64,000 nucleotides of DNA from Candidatus Borrarchaeum weybense (GCA_019057385.1 JAHQJS010000003.1:83212-147211), one strand, 5' to 3'; numbered from the stretch's first letter, positions 1 through 9,758 are shown. Numbers and translations are program-made. The notes: generated by a model not told the origin, from the letters alone.

Positions 1-815
1 TTAGTTCGTTTAAAGAAGTTAAACGTGCTTTAAACTATGAAATTATTAGACAAAAACAAGCTCTTCGACGCGGGGAGTTTATAGCACAAGAAACTCGACA
101 TTGGGACGAAGATCGCAGAATAACTTTTACTCTTCGAACGAAGGAGGAAGAACATGACTATAGATACTTCAGGGAACCTGATCTACCGATTATTGAAATT
201 TCAGATGAATGGATTAAAAAAATCAAAACAACCATGCCTGAGCTACCAGATGCTCGAAAAGAAAGATTTCGGAGAGATTATCAAATCCCTGTTTACGATG
301 CAGAAGTATTGACAAGTGAGAAATATTTAGCAGATTTCTTTGAAACATGCATAACTTATGACGTGGGTGCAAAAAAAGTCAGTAATTGGCTTATGAGTGA
401 TTTTTTACGTTTTGTAAACGAACTTGATCTTGAATTTACTGAGATTCTCCTTACACCAGAAGATTTAGCAAATATGATCCGTTTAATTGATCAAGAGCTG
501 ATTAGTGGAAAAATTGGTAAGACAGTTCTGCGGGAAATGCTTGCTACAGGAAAGACCCCGCAGACCATAATAGAAGAACTTGGTCTTAAGAAAATTGATA
601 ACACTTCTATCATTTCTGATAAAGTAAAAGAAGTCTTTGAAGAATACCCAGATGCCGTTCGCGATGCCATGACTAACAAGAATGCTATTCGTTATCTTGT
701 AGGACAGGTAATGGCGAAAACCAGAGGAAGGGCAGATCCTGTTTTAACAAATGAAATCATTGAATTAAAATTGGAAGAATTGAAGTCCAAGAATACACAA
801 TTCGATGAAAATTGA
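1..815 (+). CDS. gatB: Asp-tRNA(Asn)/Glu-tRNA(Gln) amidotransferase subunit B, 5'-truncated by the window edge
   Basis: Frame is open from base 3: SFKEVKRALNYEIIRQ...QETRHWDE...RTKEEEHDYRYFREPDLP, then the C-terminal YqeY-like GQVMAKTRGRADP. Confidence 0.95.
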   Translation, partial: SSFKEVKRALNYEIIRQKQALRRGEFIAQETRHWDEDRRITFTLRTKEEEHDYRYFREPDLPIIEISDEWIKKIKTTMPELPDARKERFRRDYQIPVYDAEVLTSEKYLADFFETCITYDVGAKKVSNWLMSDFLRFVNELDLEFTEILLTPEDLANMIRLIDQELISGKIGKTVLREMLATGKTPQTIIEELGLKKIDNTSIISDKVKEVFEEYPDAVRDAMTNKNAIRYLVGQVMAKTRGRADPVLTNEIIELKLEELKSKNTQFDEN

Positions 816-817
816 AT

Positions 818-1828
818 TTAACTGTTCATTAAATTTTTGTCAATAATTCTATCTATCGTCTCATTAACTCCATCCCCAGTGAGTGCGTTTGTTTCAAAGC
901 ATTCGTCATTAATTAGTTCCAGGAGTTCGTCACTCCTGCTTTTGTCTACTAAATCTATCTTGTTCACGACAAGATAAAGTTCCCCAAAAAGTTCTTTAAG
1001 ATCCTCATATAAAGAAATTTGCTCCTTCAATGGATATCCACAAGTTTCTGAGGGATCTACAATATACAGAATAACATGAGCCAAGTATTTTAATGCAGTA
1101 ATTGCCTGTAATTCTATTGGATTCCTTTTATCGAGTGGACGATCAAGAAGACCAGGGGTATCCACAAGTTGATATATTGAAAGACCTCTTTGTATATGGC
1201 CTATCGTTACAGCTCGCGTGGTGAAGGGATATTCAGCTATTTCTGGTTTTGCCGTAGATGCATGTGCCACAAAACTACTTTTCCCAACATTCGGGTATCC
1301 CGCAATAACTATCGTAAGTTTTTTAGGATCAACCGATGGCAATTTCCGTAATTTTGGTCTAGCTTCTTGAATTATGTTTAAATTGTTCTTAATTCTATTA
1401 ATTATTGAACTTATACGCCCGTATGCCGCTCGACTTAACTTAATAACCTCAGTTAATTCTTTTGCTCTCTTGATTTTGTAGATATAGTTTTGAATTAGTT
1501 TCTTAACCACTCTACGTGTACCATAAATTGAGCCAAGCGCATTTTTGAGTTGATCTCTGCCAACCAGTATATCAGCTAATTCAGAATAAAATGGATGTAC
1601 ATCATCTATCGAAGGAATCTGTTTTACTATGCGTTTGAGTCGTGAATCTAGAAATCCCTCTATAACTCTTAATTTCTTACTTTCCTTTCGTTTCGTCCTT
1701 ATGATGCGTGGCACTTTTCTGGGAATCTTAACTTCAGTACGAGACGCTTTTCGAAATGCTTGATCCAAGAGTTCCTTTGCAGTAGGGACGTAGTTAATCT
1801 TGGTAAATGGATTTCCGTTATTAGAAAT
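818..1828 (-). CDS. NOG1-family GTP-binding protein
   Basis: GYPNVGKSS, YPFTT, DTPGLLDRP and NKID motifs. The conserved N-terminus (NPFTKINYVPTAKELLDQAF) extends to an ATT at 1828 after an AGGTG Shine-Dalgarno (SD) site, with an in-frame stop just upstream. Confidence 0.9.
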   Translation of the reverse strand: MSNNGNPFTKINYVPTAKELLDQAFRKASRTEVKIPRKVPRIIRTKRKESKKLRVIEGFLDSRLKRIVKQIPSIDDVHPFYSELADILVGRDQLKNALGSIYGTRRVVKKLIQNYIYKIKRAKELTEVIKLSRAAYGRISSIINRIKNNLNIIQEARPKLRKLPSVDPKKLTIVIAGYPNVGKSSFVAHASTAKPEIAEYPFTTRAVTIGHIQRGLSIYQLVDTPGLLDRPLDKRNPIELQAITALKYLAHVILYIVDPSETCGYPLKEQISLYEDLKELFGELYLVVNKIDLVDKSRSDELLELINDECFETNALTGDGVNETIDRIIDKNLMNS

Positions 1829-1867
1829 TTATGACACCTTCTTTGCAGAGTATATAGTTCTAATCAA

Positions 1868-3340
1868 CTATTTTGCAGTAGAAGAAGAATCTTCTGTTCT
1901 GAACATGCTTTTTAATTGGCTCATTTTTTCCATTGTGAGATTGAATAACTGTTCCGAAATTATAGATTCTTCTTTAGCATATTCAAGTTTTTCTAAATCG
2001 ATGACACGTGTAAAATCTTCAGTTCGGATTAAATCGACTTCAAGATCAACGTATCTGATCCGATGAGGTTCTGGATAGAGTCCTGGATAGATCTCCACTG
2101 GAGTATTTATATTGAGATACTCTCCTTTGTAAATTCCATCTCGCGAGAAATATGTCGTTTTTACAAAAAATTCTCCTTCAATTATTTCCATAACACCATA
2201 ATCACCTTCTTCTTTGGGAAGATTAAGACCATCAAATTTTCCTCCAGCCTTAAACATTCGTTTTATGAGTAGTTTTCTTTCATTTGGATCGCTTTTTATT
2301 ACATACCCAGGCGATAGAAAAAGTGTCCTTCCATTAAACTTAACGTGGTCAATACAGACTTCAGAGCCTAATGAAGGAAATGTTTCAGAAAATACGAAAT
2401 CTGCAGCCTCGTTAATAATAACATAATGTTCAGGCAATTTGGCAAGAATTCTTTCACCAAAATCAACTAATAATGATAAATCGTAACCCATTGCTTTGAG
2501 TTGGTGATGGTTTCTAACTGTTGCAACAACTTCGCTTCGAATTTCATCAAGTTTTACTTTGGAAAGACTTGGAAATTCCAAAAAAGTTGTTGTATTCTCT
2601 TCATATACGGCTGCTGGCGCTTTGGTCTTTTCCGCTTTCTTAGATATCATCTGTGCTAATTTTTTTAAGTCCTCGATTTCGGCAATAAGCACTGTTACAT
2701 CTTCTGAGGCTGCGGCTGTGCGCCATAAAACTCCCCATGAATCAGGTTTGATGGTTTTCCCCAAAAAGAATAACTCATCTCGTTTTTTCCCACGAATTTT
2801 ATGACTTATCCGAACCACATTTTCGGGAATCAAGACAGCATATTTGCCAGCTATTGTTATGTTTGGCTGTACTTCAGATAATCCAGGTCTAACTTTTTCT
2901 ACACGTACAAGAAGTTCGTCACCTTCATTGATTTCTTCATTAAAGTTAGTATTATCCAGATGAAGTATGCCGTCTGTTCTCCCTAAATTTAATATCGCGT
3001 AATCTCGCTCCAAATTTACTCTCGTGACAATTCCTTTATAGAAGCCATTTGGACTAACTTTTGTATAAAAAACCGTAAGATCAGGAAGAAGCGACCGTAA
3101 AATTTCAAGCAATTCTTCAATAGTCTCTTCTTTCCCATTGAGTTCTACGCCCTGTCTATTCCGTCTGTCAAAAATATCTATATCGAAAGGCACACGTAAA
3201 TCCTCAATTGCTCCCTTGAAACGTTGCAAAATAACAGTTGAAGGATATGTTAGTTTAAATCCATGATCTATGAGGATTTTTGCTAATGCGGTCGAATATA
3301 TTCCTCTGAGGCGAACTGTTGTTGCCTTTTTTTCCATCAT
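1868..3340 (-). CDS. fau-1: FAU-1-like RNA-binding protein / ribonuclease (S1 + DUF402)
   Basis: VRLRGIYSTAL N-terminus, WGVLWRTAA, YLNINTPVEIYP...RYVDLEVD. Confidence 0.85.
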   Translation of the reverse strand: MMEKKATTVRLRGIYSTALAKILIDHGFKLTYPSTVILQRFKGAIEDLRVPFDIDIFDRRNRQGVELNGKEETIEELLEILRSLLPDLTVFYTKVSPNGFYKGIVTRVNLERDYAILNLGRTDGILHLDNTNFNEEINEGDELLVRVEKVRPGLSEVQPNITIAGKYAVLIPENVVRISHKIRGKKRDELFFLGKTIKPDSWGVLWRTAAASEDVTVLIAEIEDLKKLAQMISKKAEKTKAPAAVYEENTTTFLEFPSLSKVKLDEIRSEVVATVRNHHQLKAMGYDLSLLVDFGERILAKLPEHYVIINEAADFVFSETFPSLGSEVCIDHVKFNGRTLFLSPGYVIKSDPNERKLLIKRMFKAGGKFDGLNLPKEEGDYGVMEIIEGEFFVKTTYFSRDGIYKGEYLNINTPVEIYPGLYPEPHRIRYVDLEVDLIRTEDFTRVIDLEKLEYAKEESIISEQLFNLTMEKMSQLKSMFRTEDSSSTAK

Positions 3341-3408
3341 CTCTTCCTCATTATTTATCTAGTCTAAAATGCTATAAAAAGTCAATCCGCTATCCCATGA
3401 GTAAAGAG

Positions 3409-3585
3409 TGGTGCGGGGGATGGGATTTTCGTTCTGGCGGTTTATCGCCAAGGAATTCGAACCCACGCAGGCGATCGCGAAACCTAAGGCATCTAATGCT
3501 TCTCTACGCCACAGGATCCTGAGTCCTGCTCCTTTGGCCAAGTTCCCGTTACTCTCCATCGAGAGGAGACCTCGGACACCCCCGC
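3409..3585 (-). tRNA. tRNA-Leu(CAG) with 3 non-canonical introns (D-loop, variable arm, T-loop), CCA encoded
   Basis: GCGGGGG/CCCCCGC acceptor stem + ACCA. Anticodon arm CAGGA-CT-CAG-GA-TCCTG (anticodon at 3519-3521). GGGTTCGAA[insert]TCCC T-arm. Confidence 0.9.
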
Positions 3586-3734
3586 ATTGAAATTCATCAC
3601 GATCTGATCGCTTCTTTAAAGACATCTATTTAAAAATATAGGGAAACAGATCTACAAATATCATATGCATCTTAAAACCGTATTAGAGATACCTGGTGCC
3701 ATTTTTTAATTTGTATAGAGGCTATCGAATCTTA

Positions 3735-4298
3735 TTATGATTTCGGGACCTTTAAATCGCTCAGAGACCATTTCTCTTTACGAACATTAAGTACAATTGA
3801 GGTATTTGTACGCTCTATGTCGTGTATAGAAAGAACTTCCTTAATAAACTTATCAAGATCATTTCGAGAACTAAAGCGCGAAATTACTGCTATGTCATAC
3901 TCCCCTGTAATATCATATACCGCCATTACTGGATCATGCTGCGCTATCTTTTCCTCCACCTCAACGAGTTTTCCTCCACTAACCCTTACAAGGGTTAGCG
4001 CAGTAAATTCATAGCCCAATTTCTCATAATCTAAGACAACAGAGTATCCTTTTATGACCCCTTCCTTTTCAAGATTTTTCACACGATTATGTACTGTTCC
4101 AGCAGCTTTCTTGCGTCCAGTTTTTTCAAGTTCCTCGGCAATTGAACGGTAACTAAGACGTGCATCCTCTTGAAGAAGTTTTATGATATCTAAATCTGTC
4201 TCATCGATGGTAAATTCACGTTTTTCTTGTTCTTCTTCTTCTTCTTCTTCTTGTGGCATTTTTGCACACAGCCTAATTATGTTGCTGTTTTTGCTCAC
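3735..4298 (-). CDS. Lrp/AsnC-family transcriptional regulator
   Basis: IDETDLDIIKLLQEDARLSYRSIA HTH and VYDITGEYD RAM domain. N-terminal poly-Glu is encoded by a (GAA)n run; the start may be 4259. Confidence 0.9.
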   Translation of the reverse strand: MSKNSNIIRLCAKMPQEEEEEEEQEKREFTIDETDLDIIKLLQEDARLSYRSIAEELEKTGRKKAAGTVHNRVKNLEKEGVIKGYSVVLDYEKLGYEFTALTLVRVSGGKLVEVEEKIAQHDPVMAVYDITGEYDIAVISRFSSRNDLDKFIKEVLSIHDIERTNTSIVLNVRKEKWSLSDLKVPKS

Positions 4299-5959
4299 CT
4301 TTCAAGATGAGACACACTAACTTGTACGATTTCTTTAAGTAGTTGGTGTAATTTCTTTGTGAGTGTACCTGCATATAATTCTTCTGGGATGATAAATAAA
4401 AGATATCCTAATTGTTGACATAAAGAAGTCATTTTTTGAGTTATAAAGGAGTTCCACTGAGAGGCATTATTGAAGAGAATGATGATTCTGTAGTTTGATT
4501 TATGAATATTGAGATATTCTTCAAAACTTTCCCAAGCAAACTTAAGGCTTGCTCGATCAATGATTCTTGAAGTTTCATACTGAGAAAGAGGATATATATT
4601 TTCAACTTCACTAGGAACGCATCCAAAAGGAATAACAAAAGTCACCAAATGTAAATAAGGAAAATATTCACTAAAAACTTCTTTTAAACTCTCAATTAAT
4701 CGGATATGTCCAGGAGATGATCGAAATGGTTTTATGTTCGTCTCAGGGAGAATAGTTAGAATTGGAGCGTCTGATGGTGGATGATAGTACGTTGTTACAT
4801 GCTCTTGATGCCTAACTAGATTAGGTCTGGATAATCCTTCTTTTCCATAAAAAAACAAGGCCCTTCTCTTTGAGATAGGATCAAACTTTTCTAGCCAATC
4901 ACGGTATTTTTTTAGATGAGAAAAGGCTTGTAAAAACCTGGGATGCATGCGTGCCCTTGCTTCCAGGAGTTCCCAGAGTCGTCCGTCTAAAATTGCTTGA
5001 CGTATTGTACGAATTTCTTGGAGAGAAATATACAAATTGTGACTTGCCAAAAGTTCATATCTCAGTTCTGCATTAGTTGCTTTTAACTCTGAAGGTGTAT
5101 ATTTGATACAAACAGGACATGAACACGGAAATACCTCTAATGAATCCAATAGATAAGTACCACTTGGAGTCATGTAACGGTTTTCTTTTGCAAACAATGC
5201 ATAAGCAGCTGAATCAAAAGTATCGCAACCTAAAGCAATAAGCAATGAGAAAAAAAGAGGATGTCCAGCACCAAATAAGTGAAATGGTCGTTGAATTGGT
5301 AAATTCATCTTTGCAGTAGCAATACCTTCAACTAACTTTGTGAAATTATATTGCTCCATAAACGGAGTAACGCTTCCAAGAGCATACATATCAAAAGAGA
5401 GATCATACATTGTTTTTGCACAATGCTCAATAAGTTCTGAGTAAGCACCACCTTGAATAGGTCCCACCCAAAGAATATCTTCAACATTTCTAAGATTCAG
5501 ACTCTCCTTCGCTCTCTGTAACGTCTGTGCGACATTATATTTAGCTTGTTCATAGGTAAGATCAGGACCGATAGGGAGGTCTAATATAACTGCAATGTCA
5601 GAATGAATTTTTTCTTGAAAATCAATTACCTCTTCAGGGGTTATTGATACACCACCGTAATGTAGGATCTGAAATGCGCCTGAATCAGTCATTATAGGAC
5701 CATTAAAATGGAAAAAAGAGTGAAGATCCGATAGATTCTCACTGCTTCTTGCAATATATTGTTTCAGTAGGTACGCACTTGTAATAATTATTTCACAATT
5801 AAATTCAGTTTCGAGTATTTTAGGAGAAATCGGCTTTTTTGTCGGAATTAAAACAGGAATTAAAGCAGGAGTATTGACAACGCCATGGCGGGTGTAAAGC
5901 TTGCCAATACGACCTCCAACATCATGTTCTATAACTTCAAAACTCAAAGAAACTTTCAC
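4295..5959 (-). CDS. tgtA: Archaeal tRNA-guanine(15) transglycosylase
   Basis: MTDSGAFQ, VGPIQGG, HLFGAGHP, GCDTFDSAAY, CSCPVC, HNL. Confidence 0.93.
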   Translation of the reverse strand: MKVSLSFEVIEHDVGGRIGKLYTRHGVVNTPALIPVLIPTKKPISPKILETEFNCEIIITSAYLLKQYIARSSENLSDLHSFFHFNGPIMTDSGAFQILHYGGVSITPEEVIDFQEKIHSDIAVILDLPIGPDLTYEQAKYNVAQTLQRAKESLNLRNVEDILWVGPIQGGAYSELIEHCAKTMYDLSFDMYALGSVTPFMEQYNFTKLVEGIATAKMNLPIQRPFHLFGAGHPLFFSLLIALGCDTFDSAAYALFAKENRYMTPSGTYLLDSLEVFPCSCPVCIKYTPSELKATNAELRYELLASHNLYISLQEIRTIRQAILDGRLWELLEARARMHPRFLQAFSHLKKYRDWLEKFDPISKRRALFFYGKEGLSRPNLVRHQEHVTTYYHPPSDAPILTILPETNIKPFRSSPGHIRLIESLKEVFSEYFPYLHLVTFVIPFGCVPSEVENIYPLSQYETSRIIDRASLKFAWESFEEYLNIHKSNYRIIILFNNASQWNSFITQKMTSLCQQLGYLLFIIPEELYAGTLTKKLHQLLKEIVQVSVSHLER

Positions 5960-5993
5960 ATCGTTTCTTGGTTACTAAGAACTTCATAACTGA

Positions 5994-6434
5994 TCAAGAT
6001 GTTTTTCCGCTGGCTTTTTCTTCCATATATTTATCATAAACCGCGCTAATCCTCTCAGCAAGAGGGCCTTCGCCTTCAACTCCAGCTTCGGTTACAGTTA
6101 TTTTGTTGTCTAAAACCGAAATTACTCCTGCTGATTCGTGTAGTTTAACCTGACCAGGTTGTGGAAAAAGTTTCGAGATTTCATCTGCTAATCCTTTCAT
6201 ATCAAAAGGTTTTTCTACTTCGAAAATGGCGGCGATTTCGTGACCTAGAATAAAAGCACGATGATATTTAATTCCTTCAGAATCATTTGTATTGATCAGA
6301 CAAAATGAAAGCGTATTCTGATCAAAACCCTGAAGTTCACCTTCAAAAACTTGCTTTGCGACCGTTACGACTCGCACTTTCTTGTTCATAAGGTTCTGAA
6401 GTTCGATGAAGAATTTTCGTGTGCTACTTGACAT
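5994..6434 (-). CDS. Extended Sm/Lsm protein (SmAP3-like)
   Basis: Sm fold (KKVRVVT...FEGELQGFD) plus C-terminal extension ending VEGEGPLAERI. GGGAGG SD before ATG 6434. Confidence 0.8.
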   Translation of the reverse strand: MSSSTRKFFIELQNLMNKKVRVVTVAKQVFEGELQGFDQNTLSFCLINTNDSEGIKYHRAFILGHEIAAIFEVEKPFDMKGLADEISKLFPQPGQVKLHESAGVISVLDNKITVTEAGVEGEGPLAERISAVYDKYMEEKASGKTS

Positions 6435-6559
6435 TATACGTTCCTCCCATCTAAAACCCATTAAGAACTAAGGATTTTTAAATTAATCCCATTAAATTTT
6501 TATGACAAAGAAAATTTTTGGATATATCTACGAATTGTAAATGAAAGATTGTGAGAAAA

Positions 6560-6910
6560 ATGGTACAAACTATTTTCAGTGTGCAAAGAATTGAACCTAC
6601 TGACCTTGAGGATATTTTTAAGATAAGGTTAACATCCCAAGATGGGAAAATGGAGCTCTCATTTGAAATAATAGAAAATCTATTTGATTTTAAAGAAAAT
6701 ACTGAGTTGGATATTTATATTGATAAAATACCTCCTAAGAAAGCTGATGCAGCTAATATACTTATGCAAGGAGATGTTTTTAAGGTACAAAAAAAACAGG
6801 ACGTAGTTCAGGTTTTTGGCTCACTTGGAGGACTGCAACTTCGTCTTATTCATCCTAAGAGTAAAGAACTATTTCAAGCAACAGACCCTCTTATTTTAGC
6901 AATTTTTTAA
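6560..6910 (+). CDS. rpo8: RNA polymerase subunit Rpo8 (RPB8-like)
   Basis: OB-fold size with MQGDVFK...GSLGGLQLRL, matching the RPB8 GGL motif. Confidence 0.75.
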   Translation: MVQTIFSVQRIEPTDLEDIFKIRLTSQDGKMELSFEIIENLFDFKENTELDIYIDKIPPKKADAANILMQGDVFKVQKKQDVVQVFGSLGGLQLRLIHPKSKELFQATDPLILAIF

Positions 6911-6923
6911 TGGAGCTGGAGAT

Positions 6924-7661
6924 ATGTTCAAAATAAAGAAAGCTATAACTAAGCGTGATTTTTTAGATAATATTCTCATAACAGGTTTTCATGGAATAGG
7001 AGAAGTCGGATATATAGCTTCAACTCAACTAATAGAGGCCTTCGAGGGTGAACGTATAGGCATAATTGATAGTGAAACGTTACCATCTTTTGTTGCAATG
7101 GACAAGAATAGATTATCCCTCCCCTTTGAAATATTTAAATTTGATAGGTTTGTGACTATTTTACCCAACTTTCAGCCCAATCCTCAAGAAATTCATGGAT
7201 TCTGTAAGGGGATTGTTGAATGGGTAATCTCTAATGAATTTAAGGAAGCATTTCTAATTGGAGGACTTGATAATCGATTCCAAAAAAGTGACGAAAAACC
7301 GTACAGGTGTGTACTCACACAGAAATATGAAGAAAAGGCAAAGAAATTGGACTTACCGATGCTTGAGCGAGGATTGTACGTCACCGGTCCGCTCGCATTG
7401 CTTCTTGCTTACTTTGAGATGGAAGATTTTCCAGCATTAGCTGTACTTCCGTACGGAAAAAGAGATCGTCCAGATCCGCGGGCGGCTTCAATAGCAGTTG
7501 AAGAATTTAGTAAAATCTATAATGTTGAAATAGACATATCAGAATTGCTAAAGGACGCACAAAGAGTAGAAGAAGAACTAGAAGAAATGCTAAGGCAGCA
7601 AAAAGAGAAAATGATGGAAGAAGCTCAGAGTCCAATTGACCGAACCAACTATTACATTTAG
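6924..7661 (+). CDS. PAC2-family proteasome assembly chaperone
   Basis: ITGFHGIGEVGYIA, LIGGLD, TGPLALLL, PDPRAA. Confidence 0.9.
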   Translation: MFKIKKAITKRDFLDNILITGFHGIGEVGYIASTQLIEAFEGERIGIIDSETLPSFVAMDKNRLSLPFEIFKFDRFVTILPNFQPNPQEIHGFCKGIVEWVISNEFKEAFLIGGLDNRFQKSDEKPYRCVLTQKYEEKAKKLDLPMLERGLYVTGPLALLLAYFEMEDFPALAVLPYGKRDRPDPRAASIAVEEFSKIYNVEIDISELLKDAQRVEEELEEMLRQQKEKMMEEAQSPIDRTNYYI

Positions 7662-7759
7662 TATGAATTAAATCTTATCGTTAGTTCTTTCATCAATATA
7701 AGATAACTTAGTTTGATTCTTACCGTTCCTTTCATAATAGACATCTATTACAGCGAATA

Positions 7760-8054
7760 GTGTCTATCCACCCACGATAAGAACATGAGTGGAGGGCCCG
7801 CTAGGACGGTTAAGCGGGATACCTACCGCCATATAGGGTGCAGGCCTTGCGTGAACGAAACGATGATTTATTATCAGCGTTCCCGCAGAATCGACGGCGT
7901 ACGGGAGTGCTGGGCTGAAGTCCGTGAAGTGGTCCCGGGGCGAATGCTTAAACCTCCGGGTGCCTCATCTTACCATCAATTCTCACTTATATACTGGAGG
8001 ACCTGCTTTATAAACACCACGCCTCACGCGTTCACTGTGGAACCCCTTGCCCGC
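7760..8054 (-). ncRNA. Unassigned GC-rich structured RNA (family unknown; possibly a degenerate IS200/IS605 derivative)
   Basis: Clearly more GC-rich than its flanks, with many hairpins. CCACTCATG/CGTGGGTGG pairs fully only on the minus strand (two G-U pairs). TTTTATA box about 26 nt upstream of 8054. Confidence 0.45.
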
Positions 8055-8093
8055 GAAAGAATCGTCTATATTTGTCTATAAAATAAATAACTG

Positions 8094-8384
8094 TTAATCA
8101 CCCTCTTGTAACTTTTGTTTGATCACAAAAACTCGTATTTTTTCCTCTGCAATTATAAGTGTATCATTGATGGATTTAATTACAGAATGAGGAATTAAAA
8201 TTGTTCCTTTCTCATCGCGCGGAAATTTTTCAATATCTGGATGTTTAGTAGGCTTCACACACACCGCTAATAGGTGGCCATCTCGCGAATTAATTATGAA
8301 ATCAACTACCTTTCCCATAGCAGAACCTTTTTCATCAGTTACAGAAATACCAACTAAGTCCCGGATATCGATGATTTCCGACAT
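8094..8384 (-). CDS. PRC-barrel domain protein
   Basis: DLVGISVTDEKGSAMGKVVDFII...LIPHSVIKSINDTLII. Confidence 0.85.
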   Translation of the reverse strand: MSEIIDIRDLVGISVTDEKGSAMGKVVDFIINSRDGHLLAVCVKPTKHPDIEKFPRDEKGTILIPHSVIKSINDTLIIAEEKIRVFVIKQKLQEGD

Positions 8385-8634
8385 TTTTCATCCCATCAGA
8401 CCTTGCATGAGTCGGTCTATGTTAAATCAATATTTTTTGCTATTAATATCATCTGCTTCGAGTTATAAATTAGTCAAGTCATATTGACAGAACCTTTTCA
8501 AAAAGCAAAAATGAGAGTAGAATTGGAAAATTCAAAATTCGATTCAATAAATCTCGAATGAAAAGTGAAAACTAAAGAACGCTGTGCAATTATCTTCGTT
8601 TAAATCATACAAAAGTCTATCATAATGCAGGAAA

Positions 8635-8659
8635 TAGGAGGGAATAATCCCTCCTTATC
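8635..8659 (-). terminator. Hairpin closing the 3' side of the RAMP island RNA
   Basis: AGGAGGG-AATAAT-CCCTCCT inverted repeat just downstream (minus strand) of repeat copy 1. Confidence 0.4.
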
Positions 8660-8700
8660 TAATATTTACAGGAATGCCGATTAAGTCGCGGATATTTTTT

Positions 8701-8791
8701 TGACATTTTTCGTCCCCTGCGAGTCATTCATTCCCAACAAGTGAGGCGTCGGACCTCTAATTTGGTTCAGTCTCATGCACAAGAACGTGTC
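8701..8791 (-). repeat. RAMP-associated structured repeat, copy 1 (candidate ncRNA scaffold)
   Basis: 82/91 identical to 9813-9903. Outer stem GACA-CGTTCTTGTG/CGCAGGGGACG-AAAAA-TGTC and inner GAGG/CCTC hairpin. Confidence 0.85.
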
Positions 8792-8850
8792 CCCCGTGAT
8801 ATACGAAGAACATTCCGCCTTGTAACTCATTAAACCTCTTGAAAAGAGTC

Positions 8851-8859
8851 TATATAAAC
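8851..8859 (-). promoter_or_regulatory. TATA box for a transcript containing repeat copy 1
   Basis: GTTTATATA on the minus strand, just after the stop of 8881..9708, with no real gene downstream. Confidence 0.5.
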
Positions 8860-8880
8860 ACCGCGATTCAAAACAAAGAT

Positions 8881-9708
8881 TCATTCTTGCCATGTATACA
8901 AACCACTCTTCAAGTCATCAAGATAGAGATTTACCATAAGGAGTAGGTGATTTTTTAAAGATGAAAAGCCAAATTTTAGCGCTTCGCTGATCTTATCAAA
9001 CGCTTGACATTTTCGAATATAAGTATAAAGAGCATAAGGGGAATATTGACGCCTTTCTATCTCTATTTTTAATACATCGAAATCAATTTTTTCTAATTCT
9101 GTCACACGATAACGAGAGGACGCTGACCATCTAAATTTTCGAGAAATCATTGCAGATAGTCGGTCATAATGTTGTAATAAATAAAGCCAAAGAAAATCTT
9201 TTTCATCTATATCATAATTGTGATGATTCTTTGCAAGTTTGAAGACATCTTCGTCAGCTATATCAACATCAGTATAAATTTTACTTGGATGTCGATCAGT
9301 GCCTACAAAATCATGCAGGAGCATTGCTATAATTAACTTTTCCTGCATATCTGAGAGTTTAGGAAGTTTCTTACGAATCTTAATTCTTCTTGTAGTATAG
9401 AGAGGCTTTTTCTTGAGTTTTTTGAGAGAAGTCCAAAAGATTCGTCCCATCCCCTCACATGTATAACTTCCAACACTATCAATAGCAAGTGCTTCTTCAA
9501 GTTTATGTTCTGAAACGATAAACTCAATATTACCAAACCACGCCCTAAAGGTCATTGGCGCACGTCTTTGTCCTACCGTTAATTTTCCGAATACCCTGGG
9601 ACGACCTTTTATGGTCATCGCTCCAACGTCGGTAACTCCAAAATGTCTACGCTTTGAAACAATAGGAGTTTTTGTATAACCAATTAATTTAAAGTATTTC
9701 TGTGGCAT
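8881..9708 (-). CDS. Compact RAMP (Cas5-like) domain fused to an HD nuclease domain
   Basis: RAMP beta-1 (FKLIGYTKTPIV) and G-rich loop (VGSYTCEGMGRI), followed by HD motifs MLLHDF...NHH...YDRLSA. Confidence 0.7.
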   Translation of the reverse strand: MPQKYFKLIGYTKTPIVSKRRHFGVTDVGAMTIKGRPRVFGKLTVGQRRAPMTFRAWFGNIEFIVSEHKLEEALAIDSVGSYTCEGMGRIFWTSLKKLKKKPLYTTRRIKIRKKLPKLSDMQEKLIIAMLLHDFVGTDRHPSKIYTDVDIADEDVFKLAKNHHNYDIDEKDFLWLYLLQHYDRLSAMISRKFRWSASSRYRVTELEKIDFDVLKIEIERRQYSPYALYTYIRKCQAFDKISEALKFGFSSLKNHLLLMVNLYLDDLKSGLYTWQE

Positions 9709-9758
9709 TTTATTCCCTCTTATAAGATTTTACCTCCTCTTTGAACAAAAGAGAGGAG

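Noticed and set aside
3319-3625. Short ORFs over tRNA loci (also 15537-15829, 26327-26512, 31403-31603)
   Set aside because: They are translations of intron-containing tRNA genes
4229-4252. (TTC)n run as a phase-variation repeat
   Set aside because: A trinucleotide repeat encoding poly-Glu; length changes would not shift the frame
7785-8081. 98-aa ORF, or tRNA-Sec / RNase P / SRP identity for the GC-rich segment
   Set aside because: The ORF has no recognisable motif. GGTAAGATGAGG and CGGACTTCAG recall tRNA-Sec, but no acceptor or T arm could be built. RNase P and SRP signature motifs were not found
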